Below, in pieces: positions 47,215 through 61,964 of a stretch of 64,000 bases of DNA (the stretch's first letter is position 1; each line of letters opens with the position of its first letter). The translations under genes were made by a program, and so were the position numbers. The notes beneath the pieces are model-generated. The model worked only from the letters and a program-made list of their open reading frames with translations, ran no database searches and was not told the origin of the DNA. The stretch covers positions 2,728,001 through 2,792,000 of the forward strand of contig JAXLNO010002317.1 in NCBI GenBank assembly GCA_038087875.1, read 5' to 3'. Source of the DNA: Malacoraja senta. Its lineage: Eukaryota.

Positions 47215-47394
47215 CTTCGGAGAGAGAGCCAGAACACCAATTAGTACAGTTTTCTTCTCTCGTGTTTTTTTCCCTCATTAACAAGGACTTTATTCAGTCA
47301 TTGCAATTTCCCGCGTACCAGAAGATGCAAAGACCTTCAATCATCACCTTACAATAGACAATATACAATAGGCAATCGATGCAGTAGGCCATTC

Positions 47395-48470
47395 GGCCCT
47401 TCGAGCCAGCACCGACATTCACTGTGATCATGGCTGATCATCCACAATCAGTACCCCGTTCCTGCCTTCTCCCCATATCCCCTGACTCCGCTATCTTTAA
47501 GAGCCCTATCTAGCTCTCTCTTGAAAGTATCCAGAGAACTGGCCTCCACCACCTTCTGAGGCAGAGAATTCCACAGACTCACAACTCTCTGTGAGAAAAA
47601 GTGTTTCCTCGTCTCCGTTCTAAATGACCGACCTCTTATTCTTAAACTGTGACCCCTGGTTCTGGATTCCCCGAACATCGGGAATATGTTTCCTGCCTCT
47701 AGCGTGTCCAAGCCCTTAATAATCTTACATGTTTCAATAAGATACCCTCTCATCCTTCTAAACTCCAGAGTATACAAGCCCAGCCTCTCCATTCTCTCAG
47801 CATATGACAGTCCCGCCATCCCGGGAATAGACCTTGTAAACCTATGCTGCACTCCCTCAATAGCAAGAATGTCCTTCCTCAAATTTGGGGACCAAAACTG
47901 TACACAATACTCCAGGTGTGGTCTCACCAGGGCCCTGTACAACTGCAGAAGGACCTCTTTTCTCCTATACTCAACTCCTCTTGTTATAAAGGCCAACATG
48001 CCATTGGCTTTCCTCACTGCCTGCTGTACCTGCATGCTTACTTTCATTGACTGATGAACAAGGACCCCCAGATCCCGTTGTACTTCCCCTTTTCCCAACT
48101 TGACACCATTTAGATAGTAATCTGCCTTCCTGTTTTTGCAACCAAAGTGGATAACCTCACATTTATCCACATTAAACCGCATCTACCATGCATCTGCCCA
48201 CTCACCCAACCTGTCCAAATCACCCTGCATTCACAAAGCATCCTCCTCACGGTTCACACTGCCACCCAGCTTTGTGTCATCTGCAAATTTACTAATGTTA
48301 CTTTGAATCCCTTCATCTAAATCATTGATGTATATTGTAAATAGCTGCGGTCCCAGCAACGAGCCTTGCGGTACCCCACTGGTCACTGCCTGCCATTCTG
48401 AAAGGGACCCATTAATCCCTACTCTTTGTTTCCTGTCTGCCAACCACTTCTCTATCCACGTCAGCATTCT
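47395..48470 (-). mobile_element. CR1 3' fragment, copy-B paralogue
   Basis: ORFs 47448-48182 and 48231-48563. Confidence 0.9.
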
Positions 48471-48544
48471 ACCCCCTGTCCTCGTTGGGTTGCTTTTTTG
48501 GTCTTTGTATCGTGTTGAAATTAAATACATTCTTTTTTGACACA

Positions 48545-49325
48545 CCTGGCCACATCCTCCCATCTCTTCATCTTTCAGCTTCCCGCAGAGACCGTTCCCT
48601 CCATAACTCCCTGGTCAACTCGTTCCCTCCCACCCAAACCACTCCCTCCCCGGGTACTTTCCCTTGCAACCGCAGGAGATGCTACACTTGTCCCTTTACC
48701 TCCCCCCTCGACTCCATCCAAGGACCCAAACAGTCTTTCCTGGTGAGGCAGAGGTTCACCTGCACCTCCTCCAACCTCATCTACTGTATCCGCTGTTCCA
48801 GGTGTCAACTTCTCTACATCGGTGAGATCAAGCGCAGGCTTGGCGATCGTTTCACTGAACACCTCCACTCAGTCCATCTTAACTTACCTGATCACCCGGT
48901 GGCTCAGCACTTCAACTCCCCCTCCCATTCCCAATCCGACCTTTCTGTCCTGGGCCTCCTCCATTGTCAGAGTGAGGCCCAACGCAAATTGGAGGAGCAG
49001 CACCTCATATTTCACTTGGGTAGTTTACACCCCATCGGTATGAACATTGACTTATCTAACTTCAGATAGCCCTTGCTTTCCCTCTCTCTCCATCCCCTCC
49101 CCCTTCCCAGTTCTCCCACTAGTCTTACTGTCTCCGACTACATCCTATCTTTGTCCCGCCCTCTCCCCTGACATCAGTCTGAAGAAGGGTCTCAACTCGA
49201 AACATTGCCCATTCCTTCTCTCCAGAGATGCTGCCTGACCCGCTGAGTTACTCCAGCACTTTGTACCTGTCCACGTTCTCCAGAGATGCTGCCTGACCCG
49301 CTGAGTTACTCCAGCACTTTGTGTT
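48545..49325 (+). mobile_element. Penelope-like fragment, copy-B paralogue
   Basis: ORF 48485-49069 carries the same GIY-YIG motifs. Confidence 0.88.
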
Positions 49326-49333
49326 TGTCTTAC

Positions 49334-49686
49334 CGGATATGTTTAGCAGAACCCCGTCCGGTCCGGAATATTTCGCACCCCAATAGGTCTCCATTCGGAA
49401 GTAGTACCATCCCTCGTCCCGCTTGGTCAGACTGTTAATTTTCAGGGTGCAATCTTGTCTCCCTCCCATTGTTCTGGGATCTTTGCTCTTGGATGGTGGA
49501 GAGGGTCAGGACTTTCCGGAGAGCTTACGATGAGGGTGCCGTGTGTCTTGTCATCCTTCAGCCACTGAATGGTTTTCAGCCGAGAACCGGCGGGACGGGA
49601 GAAGGAGCAAGGAATCCGTACGCAGGTTCCCACGGCAGCCATGACATCCCTTGGAGCCTTCACCTCCCACTGAACGGCAACCACGC
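49334..49686 (-). CDS. Copy B V-set domain 1, 1-bp deletion
   Basis: 353 nt; GAC AAG ATT GCA versus GAC AAA GAT TGC in copy C; YYFRME retained downstream. Confidence 0.88.
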
Positions 49687-50024
49687 CTGCAGAGAGAGAG
49701 AGACACAGTCACAGAGACACAGAGACACAGTCACAGAGACACAGAGACACAGACACAGAGACACAGAGTCACAGAGTCACAGAGACACAGAGTCACAGAG
49801 ACACAGAGACACAGAGACACAGAAACACAGAGTCACAGAGACACAGAGACACAGAGTCACAGAGACACAGAGACACAGAGTCACAGAGACACAGAGACAC
49901 AGACACAGACACAGTCACAGAGACACAGAGTCACAGAGACACAGAGACACAGAGACACAGACACAGACACAGAGACACAAACACAGACACAGAGACACAG
50001 AGACACAGAGTCACAGTCACAAAA

Positions 50025-50938
50025 AACAATCAAATCTGTTTAACCTTACCCACTGCCTCGAGGATATAAAGTGTTGGATGGCCCAGAACTTCCTCCAACT
50101 AAACGAGAGTAAGTCTGAGGTCATCCTTCTCGGCCCCTCGGACTCAATCAAAATGATAGCAGGCAGCCTTGGAAGCCTTACCCCACTACTCAAACCTCAC
50201 ATCAAACACCTTGGCGTGATATTTGACTCAGCACTGAAATTTGACAAACAAGTCAATGCCGTGGTAAAAGCTAGCTTCTTTCAGCTTCGGACGATAGCTA
50301 AAATAAAACAATTCCTCCAGTTTGATGACCTGGAAAAGATCATCCACACATTCATCTCCTCCCGCCTAGATTACTGCAACTCCCTTTACACTGGCATCAG
50401 CCAATCTGCCCTGTCCCGCCTGCAACTGCTCCTGATGGGCACCCGAAAAAGGGACCACATCACCCCGATCCTGGCCTCTCTCCACTGGCTCCCTGTGCGG
50501 TTCCGTATAAATTTCAAGACCCTCCTCTTTGTCTACAAAGCCCTCAATGGGCTTGCCCCCACCTACATTAAAAGTCTTCTCACCCACCACTCCACCTCCA
50601 GGCCCCTCAGATCGGCCGACTTGGCGTTGCTGAATATCCCACGGTCTAGGCATAAGCTCAGGGGCGACCGGGCCTTTGTGGTTGCAGCCCCTAGACTGTG
50701 GAACAGCATCCCCCTTCCCATCAGAACTGCCCCCTCCATCGACTCCTTTAAGTCTAGACTAAAAACGTATCTGTACTCCCAAGCCTTTCCTGACGTCCTC
50801 TGAGCGAGGGCTATATGTATATATGTATGTAGTTTGTTTGTTTATACTATTCTTATAACAAATGTAAAGCACTTTGGTCAACGAGAGTTGTTTTTTAAAT
50901 GTGCTATATAAATAAATGTGACTTGACTTGACTTGACA
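50025..50938 (+). mobile_element. L2 3' fragment, copy-B paralogue
   Basis: C-terminal half of ORF 49469-50803; (GACTT)n tail near 50920-50937. Confidence 0.88.
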
Positions 50939-51873
50939 GAGACACAGAGACACAGAGACACAGAGTCACAGAGATACAGAGACACAGACACAGTCACAGA
51001 GACACAGAATCGCAGAGACACAGTCACAGAGATAAAGAGTCAGAGAGACACAGAGAGAGAGTCACAGAGACACAGAGAGAGAGTCACAGAGACAGAGTCA
51101 GAGTCACAGAGACACAGTGAAGAAAGCGAATAGCCTGTTGGCCTTCATAACAAGAGTTGAGTATAGGAGCAAAGAGGTCCTTCTGCAGTTGTACAGGGCG
51201 CTGGTGAGACCACACCTGGAGTATTGTGTGCAGTTTTGGTCTCCTAATTTGAGGAAGGACATTCTTGCTATTGAGGGAGCCCAGCGTTGGTTCACCAGGT
51301 TAATTCCTGGGATGGCAGGACAGTCATATGTTGAGAGAATGGAGCGGCTGGGCTTATATTCACTGGAATTTAGAAGGATGAGAGGGGATTTTATAGAAAC
51401 GTATAAAATTATAAAAGGTCTCGACAAGCTAGATGCAGGAAAAATGTTCCCGATGTTGGGGGAGTCCAGAACCAGGGGCCACAGTTTAAGAATAAGGGGG
51501 AGGCCATTTAAAGCTGAGATGAGAAAAAACTTTTTCACCCAGAGAGTTGTGAGTCTGTGGAATTCTCTGCCTCAGAGGGCGGTGGAGGCAGGTTCTCTGG
51601 ATGAATTCAAAAGAGAACTAGATAGGGCTCTTAAAGATAGCGGAGTCAGGGGATATGGGGAGAAGGCAGGAACGGGGTACTGATTGGAGATGATCAGCCA
51701 TGATCACATTGAATGGCGGTGCTGGCTGGAAGGGCCGAATGGCCTCTACTCCTGCACCTATTGTCTATGTTTCTATGTGTCCCCCCCCCCCCCGTGCGTT
51801 CCCCTCTGCTTTCCCCCACGGTGTAACGTCCTATCACTTCCCCCGGCCGGACCTCAGTGCGTGACGGACCTAC

Positions 51874-51919
51874 CCTGGGCGAGGGTCAGGAGCGCCCACA
51901 ATAATGTTGTCATCGTCAT
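51874..51919 (-). CDS. Copy B leader exon
   Basis: Reverse complement encodes MTMTTLLWALLTLAQ(G), donor GTAGGT. Confidence 0.8.
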
Positions 51920-52600
51920 TCGGAAAGATCTAGAATGGACAAAGAAAGATGGGGACCATCAGCACAAGTGTAGTTGTGTCAAAAATCCTGCCCCGCTCAT
52001 CTCCTTCTCCCTCTCCCTCTCCCCCCTCTCATTCTCATGCTCTCTCTCTCTCTCTCTCCCTCTCTCTCTATCTCCTTCTCACTCTCTCCCCCTCTCTCCA
52101 TTTCCCTCTCTCTGTCTCTCTCCTTCTCTCCTCCCTCTCCCTCCCTTCCCCCCTCTCTCTCTTTCTTGCTCTCTCTTTTCCTCTCCCTCTCTCTCACTCT
52201 GTCTCTGTCTTGCTTCTCTCTCTTTTTTCTCCCCAACTTCACTCTCTCCCTCCTTTCTCTNNNNNNNNNNNNNNNNNNNNNNNNNNNNNNNNNNNNNNNN
52301 NNNNNNNNNNNNNNNNNNNNNNNNNNNNNNNNNNNNNNNNNNNNNNNNNNNNNNNNNNNNNNNNNNNNNNNNNNNNNNNNNNNNNNNNNNNNNNNNNNNN
52401 NNNNNNNNNNNNNNNNNNNNNNNNCTCTCTATTTCTCTCCCACCTTTCTCTTTCTACATTGCTGCTCTCTCTCTTTCTCTTCCTCTCTCTCACACCTCTC
52501 TCTCTCACACCTCTCTCTCTCACACCTCTCTCTCTCTCACACCTCTCTCTCTCTCTCTCCCTCTCTCTCACTCTCCCCTCTCACGCTCCCAGAACCATAC

Positions 52601-52766
52601 CATTGACAAACTTGGTGATAAAAGCCTCAGGAACGAGTCGGATGGAAGGCGCTGGAGTGGAGCTAGTGAATAAATTCACATTTCCCAGGCATAAATGTCA
52701 CCAACCAACACATCCTGCTTGAACCACATCAAATCTACAGCCAATAAAAGCCACTTCCACTTCCCC
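52601..52766 (-). promoter_or_regulatory. Putative promoter and non-coding first exon of copy B
   Basis: Mirror of 11469-11634: GGGAAGTGGAAGTG (reverse of 52752-52765), CCAAT 52741-52745, AACCACA 52722-52728, conserved GTATGG donor. Confidence 0.5.
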
Positions 52767-55700
52767 TAAAGAACCAAGAGTTTTTTTTACTTGTACAACC
52801 CCTCCCGCCCTCCTCCCCAACTGCCCAGGGCGGTCACGGTGACGCAGCGGGTAGAGCTGCTGCCTCACGGCGCCAGAGACCCGGGTTCCATCCCGATCAC
52901 GGGTGCTGTCTGTACGGAGTTTGCACGATCTCCCCGTGACCCGTGTGGGTTTTCTCCGGGTGCTCCGGTTTGCTCCCACACTCAAAAGGTGGTTTATTGG
53001 TTTATTAAACCACTTAATTGGTTTCGGTAAAATTGTACATTGTTCCCTAGTGTGTGTGTGTGTGTCGGATAGTGTTAGTGTGTGGGGATCGCTGGTCGGC
53101 ACGGACTCGGTGGGCTGAAGGGCCTGTTGCCGCGCTGTATCTCTAAAGTCTAAAGCTACAATTGATCTCTAGAAAGTAAAAAGTTGGGAATTATTTTTCC
53201 GTTTACGTGGCTGTTGGCTGTATGTTCAGTTCCCCTTTATCTTGTAGAAATCTCCTACATAACATGAGTAATAGACTTCACAAACCCTGAACCCAGACCT
53301 TATCTAAACACCAACTTTGAAAGCATTCATAAATTCTAGCCGCGGAATTAGGCCATTCGGCCCGTCGACTCCACTCCGCATTTCAATGGCCTACCCCTGC
53401 ACCTATGGTCTATTGTCTATTGTCTATTGTCTCTCCCGTCGGGCAAGAGGTACAGAAGTGTGAAAACAAACGCACACCTCCAGATTCAGGGACAGATTCT
53501 TCCCAGCTGTTATCAGGCAACTGAACTGTCCTCTCACCAACTAGAGAGCGGTCCTGACCTCCCAATTACCTCATTGGAGACCCTCGGATGTTACTGGGCT
53601 GACTGGACGTTAATGTATCCACTGACTTATGGCCTCCACAGCCTTCTGGAGCAGATTTAGGCCATTCAGCCTATCAAGTCTACTCTACCATTCAATCATG
53701 GCTGATCTATCTCTCCCTCCTAACCCCATTCTCCTGCCTTCTCCCCATAACCCCTGACACTCGTACCAATCGAGAATCTATCTATCTATCACCGCCTTAA
53801 AAATATCCGCTGACTTGTGGCCTCCACCGCCGTCTGTGGCAAAGAATCCCACAGATTCACCACCCTCTGGCTAAAGAAATTCCTCCTCATCTCCTTCCTA
53901 AAGGAACGTCCTTTAATTCTGAGGCTGTGCCCTCTGGTCCTAGACTCTCCCACTAGTGGAAACACCCTCTCCACTCTATCCAGGCCTTTCACTAGTCTAT
54001 ACGTTTCAATGAGTTCCCCCCCTCATTCTTCTAAACTCCAGCGAGTACAGGCCCATTCCCCAAGGGGCATGGAGGGCCGTATGGCCTGATTCTGCGCTGT
54101 ATCTCTGAACTAAAATGAACTGAACCAAACGAAACTTTTTTTCCTTATAACACAGTGCCCAGAATTGAACATAATACTTTAAATGTGGCCTCACCAATGC
54201 CTATATCTTGTACTAAACGTTATTCCCTTTATCGTGTATCTGTACACTGTGGACGGCTCGATTGTAATCATGTACACTTTCCACTGGCTGGATAGCACGC
54301 AACAAGAAAGCTTTTCACTGTACCTCGGTACACGGGACAATAAACTCAACGGGATGGGTTTATGAGAAGGAGGGGTGGTGGTGGTATCGGCGGTCAGTGA
54401 AGGTCCGAAGGTCGGACAGCTGGCCGGGCTGCCGACCGACCGACCGACGGGGCCACGGGCGCTGCTGCTGCTGCTGCTGCTGCTGCACTCCATGGGCTGC
54501 ACTACGTAGGGACGGGCGAGACGGGGCCGGACGTGGCGCTCCGACCCGACAGTCCCCTCGACCCGGGTAGAAGCAGTCAAATACAGGACAAGGGCGGTCC
54601 CGTACGGGACAAACCAATTTATAGGCCAATGTACGGGATGTCCCGGCTAATACGGGACAGTTGGCAACACAAATCACGGCTCACTAAAAGCTCGTCAACA
54701 AAACATTTACAACTTTCTTCAGAGAACAGCGAATCTCGGAGGAAACCTGGCTCAAAGGCTCAGTGAACACGCTTCCTCCCAGCATCAGATACGAAACAGA
54801 CACAACATGCTGGAGTAACTCATAGAGCCATAGTCTTAGAGACATAGAGTGATACAGCGTGGAAACAGACCCTTCAGCCCAACCTGCCCACACCGGCCAA
54901 CATGCCCAATCTACACTAGTCCTACCTGCCCACATTTGGCCCATATCCCTCCAAACCTGTCCTATCCATGTACCTGTCCAACTGTTTCTTAAATGTTGGG
55001 ATAGTCCCAGCCTCAACTAACTCCTCCGGCTGCTCGTTCCATACACCCAGTTTCCCCTCAGATTCCTATTAAATCTTTTCCCCTTCACCTTGAACCCATG
55101 TCCTCTGGTCCTCGATTCACCTACTCTGGGCAAGAGACTCTGTGCATCTACCCGATCTATTCCTCTCATGATCTTGTACACCTCTATAAGATCACCCCTC
55201 ATCCTCCTGTACTCCAAGGAATAGAGTCCCAGCCTGCTCAAGGACGTTTCCACGGAAATGGAAACAAGTAACTGCAGATGCCGGCTTACCAAAAAAAAAG
55301 AGACACAAAGTGCTGGAGTAACTCAGCGGGTCAGGCAGCATCTCTGTGGAGAACGTGGACAGGTACAAAGTGCTGGAGTAACTCAGCGGGTCAGGCAGCA
55401 TCTCTGGAGAGAAGGAATGGGGGACATTTTGGGCCGAGACCCTTCATCAGACTGAGAGTCAGAGAAGTGGGAGACAGAGATAAGGACGTGTGAGGTGTGA
55501 AAACGAGACATCAAAGGGGAATGTGATCCTGAGCTGATTAAACATCAATCATAATCATACTTTATTAATCAAGTATGTTTCGCAGAATACGAGGAATTTC
55601 ATTTGCCGTACAGTCACACCAATAAAAAGCAACAGAACACACAAAATACATTTTAACATGAACATCAACCACAGTGACTCCTCCACATTCCTTACTGTGA

Positions 55701-57864
55701 TGGAAGGCGAAAAAAAAGTTCCATCTCTTCACTTCTTTGTTCTCCCGCGGTCGGGGGCCTCAAGCCTTCGGTTGACAGGACGATCTCGACTCGCGTAGCC
55801 GGCGGTGGTCATCCTGGTCGGGGCGATCGACCTCACGCATCGGTGGGGATTTAGCCCACCCCCCGCCCCTGGTGATCGGACCTAGTCGAACGTCTTGCGG
55901 CTTTTGGAGCTTCCCGACGACGGTCTCGTGCCCGAGACCGCAGCTCCTCGATGGTGAAGTCCGTTGTGGTGTCGATCCCGGGCAAGCCCACCCCCCCCCC
56001 TCCCACACCGTGGTGGGGCTCAAAGTCAGTCCCGGGCGAGGACTCCGATTCCTCGATGGCAGGCTGCAGAGCGACCGGAGGTACGACCTAGGAATCATTC
56101 CCCACTGCAATTCCTTGGAGAGCAAGAGGAGTCCCAGCCTCAACTACCTCCTCGGGCAGCTCGTATCATACACCCACCACCCTGGAAAAGTTACCCCTCT
56201 GATTCCTATTAAACCCCCCCCCCTTCTCCTCTCCTCTTCACTCCTCTCCTCCCCATTCCTCTCCTCCTCTCCTCTCCCCTCTCCACTCATCCCCTCTCCT
56301 CTCCACTCCTCTCCTCTCACCTCCTCTCCACTCCTCTCCTCTCACCTCCTCTCCACTCATCCCCTCTCCTCTTCTCTCCTCTCCACTCCTCCCCTCCGGC
56401 CCCAACCGCCCCCTCCCCGTCTATGNNNNNNNNNNNNNNNNNNNNNNNNNNNNNNNNNNNNNNNNNNNNNNNNNNNNNNNNNNNNNNNNNNNNNNNNNNN
56501 NNNNNNNNNNNNNNNNNNNNNNNNNNNNNNNNNNNNNNNNNNNNNNNNNNNNNNNNNNNNNNNNNNNNNNNNNNNNNNNNNNNNNNNNNNNNNNNNNNNN
56601 NNNNNNNNNNNNNNNNNNNNNNNNNNNNNNNNNNNNNNNNNNNNNNNNNNNNNNNNNNNNNNNNNNNNNNNNNNNNNNNNNNNNNNNNNNNNNNNNNNNN
56701 NNNNNNNNNNNNNNNNNNNNNNNNNNNNNNNNNNNNNNNNNNNNNNNNNNNNNNNNNNNNNNNNNNNNNNNNNNNNNNNNNNNNNNNNNNNNNNNNNNGT
56801 GAGTGTGTGTCTGTGCGTGTGTGTGTGTGTTGGAAGGAACTGCAGATGCCGATTTAAATCGAAGATAAGACACAAAGTGCTGGAGTAACTCAGCGGGTCA
56901 GGCAGCATCTCTGTGGAGAGAAGGAATGGGTGATGTTTCGGGTTGAGACCCTTCTTCATACTGATGTCAGGGGAGTGGGTGTTACATTTATAAGGAAGAA
57001 TGAGGTGTGAAAATTGGGCAATGGGGATGGTGATCAAGGGAAATGTTGAATAGGTCGCTGCCAGCGGGGAGAATGTGCAGTCTGAAGAATATACATGACC
57101 CGCTGAGTTACTCCAGCACTTTGTACATTTCTCGGGTGTAAAGCAGCATCTACAGTTCCTTCCGACACAGAGGGTTTTGAACGTGGTGGTCAGGCATAAT
57201 TGCAACACATCAGAGTTTGGTCAGTGATCGTAAAACAGACACAGGAAAGAAGCTTCAGCGAGAATCACGACGTTTCGAAACACAAAATGACTCACAGATT
57301 CAACCATTTCCTCTTCTCTTCCATTTCCTCTTCTCTTCTCCTGAAAAACGGACTCGACCCGAAACGTCGCCCCTTCCTTCTCTCCAGAGATGCTGCCTGA
57401 TCCACTGAGTTACTTCAGCACTTTGTGTCTATCTTCGGTGTAAACCAGCATCTGCAGTTCCCTCCCACACAAACCAATCCATAAAATCTCCATCAACCTT
57501 AGTCACAGCGCGGGAACAGGCCCTTCGGCCCAACTTGCCCAGACTGGCCAACATGCCCCATCTACACTAGTCCCACCTACCCGCGTTTCGCCCATATCCC
57601 TCCAAACCTGTCCTATCCATGTACATGTCTAACTGTTTCTTAAACGTCGGGATAGTCCCAGCCTCAACTACCTCCTCCGGCAGCTCGTTCCATAGACCCA
57701 CCACCCTCTGTGTGGAAAAAGTTGCCCCTCAGATTCCTATTAAATCTTTCCCCCTTCACCTTGAACCCATGTCCTCTGGTCCTTGATTCCCCTACTCAGG
57801 GCAAGAGACTCTGTGCGTCTACCCGATCTATTCCTCTCATGATTTTGTACACATCTATAAGATC

Positions 57865-58064
57865 NNNNNNNNNNNNNNNNNNNNNNNNNNNNNNNNNNNN
57901 NNNNNNNNNNNNNNNNNNNNNNNNNNNNNNNNNNNNNNNNNNNNNNNNNNNNNNNNNNNNNNNNNNNNNNNNNNNNNNNNNNNNNNNNNNNNNNNNNNNN
58001 NNNNNNNNNNNNNNNNNNNNNNNNNNNNNNNNNNNNNNNNNNNNNNNNNNNNNNNNNNNNNNNN
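57865..58064. other. N-run of exactly 200 nt, probable scaffold join
   Basis: Counted length 200; truncates the copy C V2 exon. Confidence 0.75.
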
Positions 58065-60087
58065 CGTCCTCACCGTCCCGAGCCGGAGACCCCTGAAAGA
58101 AACCAGAGGCAGGGGTGAGAGAAAGGGAGACAAAACCAGGCCAACCCAGCCTCGGAGCGACGGTTTGATCCCGACCACGGGTGCTGCCTCTGCGGAGTTT
58201 GCACATCCTCACCGTGACCCGCGTGGGTTTCTCCAGGCGCTCCGGTTTCCTCCCCACACTCCAAATACGTGCGGGTTTGTCAGTTAATTGGCTTGGTGTA
58301 AAATGTGTAAAAAAATAAGTTGGCCCCAGCATGTGTAGGATAGTGTTAGTGTGCGGGATCGTTGGTTGGCACGGACTCAGTGGGCTGAAGGGCCTGTTTC
58401 GTGCCGTATCTCTGAACTAAACATAGAACTAGTGTGAATGGGCGATCGCTGGTCGGCACGGACTCAGTGGGCTGAAGGGCCTGTTTCCTCGCTGTATCTC
58501 TGAACCTTGTTGAAGATTGTTAAGGGCTTGGACACGCTAGAGGCAGGAAACATGTTCCCGATGTTGGGGGAGTACAGAACCAGGGGCCACAGTTTAAGAA
58601 TAAGGAGTAAGCCATTTAGAACGGAGACGAGGAAACACTTTTTCTCACAGAGTGGTGAGTCTGTGGGATTCTCTGCCTCAGAGGGCGGTGGAGGCAGGTT
58701 CTCTGGATGCTTTCAAGAGAGAGCTAGATAGGGCTCTCAAAAATAGCGGAGTCAGGGGATATGGGGGAGAAGGCAGGAACGGGGTACTGATTGGGGATGA
58801 TCAGCCATGATCACATTGAATGGCAGTGATGGCTCAAAGGGCCGAATGCCTCACTCCTGCACCTATTGTCTATTGTCTAACTAAACTAGTGTGTGAACGG
58901 GCGATCGCAGGTCGGCACGGACCCGGTGGGCCGAAGGGCCTGTTTCCGCGCTGTATCTCTAAACTACATTACTACGAACCGTAAACGGGCAGCTTGATTT
59001 TCTCGGAGGTCGTTGGTCCAACTGAATTGACGGCTTCACACCAGTAGTCGGAGTCTTTAGTTAGTTGGTCGATCTTGATCTTGTTTGTAGACGTCTGTGT
59101 TTCAGTCGTCTGGGATGATCCAGACCTAGTCTGGTGCCACCTGTAACTTGTAACTGGAGGATTACTAGACCCCACTGTACATCTGAGGGATAGAAAACTC
59201 ACTCCAGGAGATAACGTGAAGGGAGAGAGGGGTCAGGAGAACAGATCTGGGGGCATCTGTGAAAACAAAAAGTATTTAAAGTCTAATGAGCCGGGGAACG
59301 CAGTGGGGCGATCCCTCCTCACTCACCCCCTCCCTCCCTCCCTCTCTCCCTCCTTCCCTCCTCCCTCCCTCCTCTCCCTCCCTCCCTCCCCTCTCCCTCC
59401 CTCCTTCCCACCCTCCCTCCATCCCTGCATCCCTCCTTCCCTCGCTTCCCCCCTCCCTCCCTCCTGCAGTGCATAAGTGATAGGAGCAGAATTAGGCCAT
59501 TTCCACGAAGGGCCTGTTTCCACGCTGTATCTCTAAACTAAACTAAAACAAACATACCATAATACCTTCTTTACTCCTCTATCTGTTGGGTCGTCACATT
59601 CAGGACGTTCTGGATTTTGTCCAGAACACTGTTCAAGATCTTGCCATTAATTGCAAATTTTCCCCAAACATTTGACCTCCCAAAATGCAACACCTCACAC
59701 TTGCTCGAATTAAACTTCATCTGCCATTGCTCTGCCCATTTCTGTATCTGATCTATACCCCGTAGATTGGCATCGAGTGATACAGTGTGGAAACAGGCCC
59801 TTCGGCCCCACACCGGCCAACATGCCCCATCTACACTAGTCCCATCTGCCCGTGTTTGGCCCATATCCCTCCAAACCTGTCCTATCCATGTAACTGTCCA
59901 ACTGTTTCTTAAACGTTGGGATAGTCCCAGCCTCAACTACCTTCCCCGGCAGCTCTTTCCATACACCCACCACCCTTTGTGTGGAAAGGTTACCCCTCAG
60001 ATTCCTACTAAATCTTTTCCCTTCACCTTGAACCCATGTCCTCTGGTCCTCGATTCCCCTACTCTGGGAAATGTAAATGGATAGGAC

Positions 60088-60118
<31 letters not shown>

Positions 60119-60799
60119 CAGAAAGTGCAAGAGAGAGAGAGGGGAAGGAGGGAGAGAGAAAGAAAGCGTGAGAGAGAAACAGAGAGAGCAAGCAATGTAG
60201 AAAGAGAGACAAAGGATGGAGAGAAGTTGGGGAGAGAAATAGAGAGGGAGAGAGAGGGGAGAGAAAGTGAGGGAGGAGGAGAGAGAGAGAGAGAGAGGGA
60301 GAGGGAAGAGAGAGAGAGGATGTTGCCATGACTGTGTGACTCACAGTTGACGATCAAGGTGACGTTTTTCCCTGCAGACTCTCCGGGTGAATGGACACAT
60401 GTCAAAGACCTCCCGTGGTCTTGATAGGAAGCCACGAAGCTCAGAGTGAGGCTGGTAGTCCAGGAGTTCTCAGCTGATCCTGGAGTTTCGGTCTCAGAGA
60501 CTGGATCTAAACCATCCATCCCTCTCCATCTCAGGTGACCAGGGCAGGCGAACTTTACCGAGCAGGTTAGCACCACCTCATTTCCCTCGATGATCTCCTC
60601 TGGTGAGGAAATGGTCAACAACCTGGATTCATCTTCGGAGAGAGAGCCAGAGCATCAATTAGTACAGTTTTCTTCTCTCGTGTTTTTTTCCCTCATTAAC
60701 AAGGACTTTATTCAGTCATTGCAATTTCCCGCGTACCAGAAGATGCAAAGACCTTCAATCATCACCTTACAATAGACAATATACAATAGGCAATCGATG

Positions 60800-61870
60800 C
60801 AGTAGGCCATTCGGCCCTTCGAGCCAGCACCGACATTCACTGTGATCATGGCTGATCATCCACAATCAGTACCCCGTTCCTGCCTTCTCCCCATATCCCC
60901 TGACTCCGCTATCTTTAAGAGCCCTATCTAGCTATCTCTTGAAAGTATCCAGAGAACTGGCCTCCACCACCTTCTGAGGCAGAGAATTCCACAGACTCAC
61001 AACTCTCTGTGAGAAAAAGTGTTTCCTCGTCTCCGTTCTAAATGACCGACCTCTTATTCTTAAACTGTGACCCCTGGTTCTGGATTCCCCGAACATCGGG
61101 AATATGTTTCCTGCCTCTAGCGTGTCCAAGCCCTTAATAATCTTATATGTTTCAATAAGATCCCCCTCATCCTTCTAAACTCCAGAGTATACCAAGCCCA
61201 GCCTCTCCATTCTCTCAGCATATGACAGTCCCGCCATCCCGGGAATAGACCTTGTAAACCTACGCTGCACTCCCTCAATAGCAAGAATGTCCTTCCTCAA
61301 ATTTGGGGACCAAAACTGTACACAATACTCCAGGTGTGGTCTCACCAGGGCCCTGTACAAATGCAGAAGGACCTCTTTTCTCCTATACTCAACTCCTCTT
61401 GTTATAAAGGCCAACATGCCATTGGCTTTCTTCACTGCCTGCTGTACCTGCATGCTTACTTTCATTGACTGATGAACAAGGACCCCCCAGATCCCGTTGT
61501 ACTTCCCCTTTTCCCAACTTGACACCATTTAGATAGTAATCTGCCTTCCTGTTTTTGCAACCAAAGTGGATAACCTCACATTTATCCACATTAAACAGCA
61601 TCTACCATGCATCTGCCCACTCACCCAACCTGTCCAAATCACCCTGCATTCACAAAGCATCCTCCTCACGGTTCACACTGCCACCCAGCTTTGTGTCATC
61701 TGCAAATTTACTAATGTTACTTTGAATCCCTTCATCTAAATCATTGATGTATATTGTTAATAGCTGCGGTCCCAGCAACGAGCCTTGCGGTACCCCACTG
61801 GTCACTGCCTGCCATTCTGAAAGGGACCCATTAATCCTACTCTTTGTTTCCTGTCTGCCAACCACTTCTC
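60800..61870 (-). mobile_element. CR1 3' fragment, copy-C paralogue
   Basis: ORFs 61175-61528, 61389-61601 and 61650-61877. Confidence 0.88.
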
Positions 61871-61964
61871 TATCCACGTCAGCATTCTACCCCCTGTCCT
61901 CGTTGGGTTGCTTTTTTGGTCTTTGTATCGTGTTGAAATTAAATACATTCTTTTTTGACACAAC

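Larger units (their letters stand above)
36278..51919 (-). pseudogene. Siglec/CD22-like multi-Ig gene, copy B (leader, V, C2, C2, V, C2, C2, C2-Y, C2-X'); frameshifted as assembled; no TM exon seen
   Basis: Nine exons homologous to copy A on the opposite strand; single-base indels in V1, D6 and X'. Confidence 0.8.

Noticed and set aside
49469-50803. 444-aa ORF (and 13690-14622) as a novel fusion protein
   Set aside because: Chance open frame through the antisense V exon, an (AGAGACAC)n repeat and an L2 remnant.
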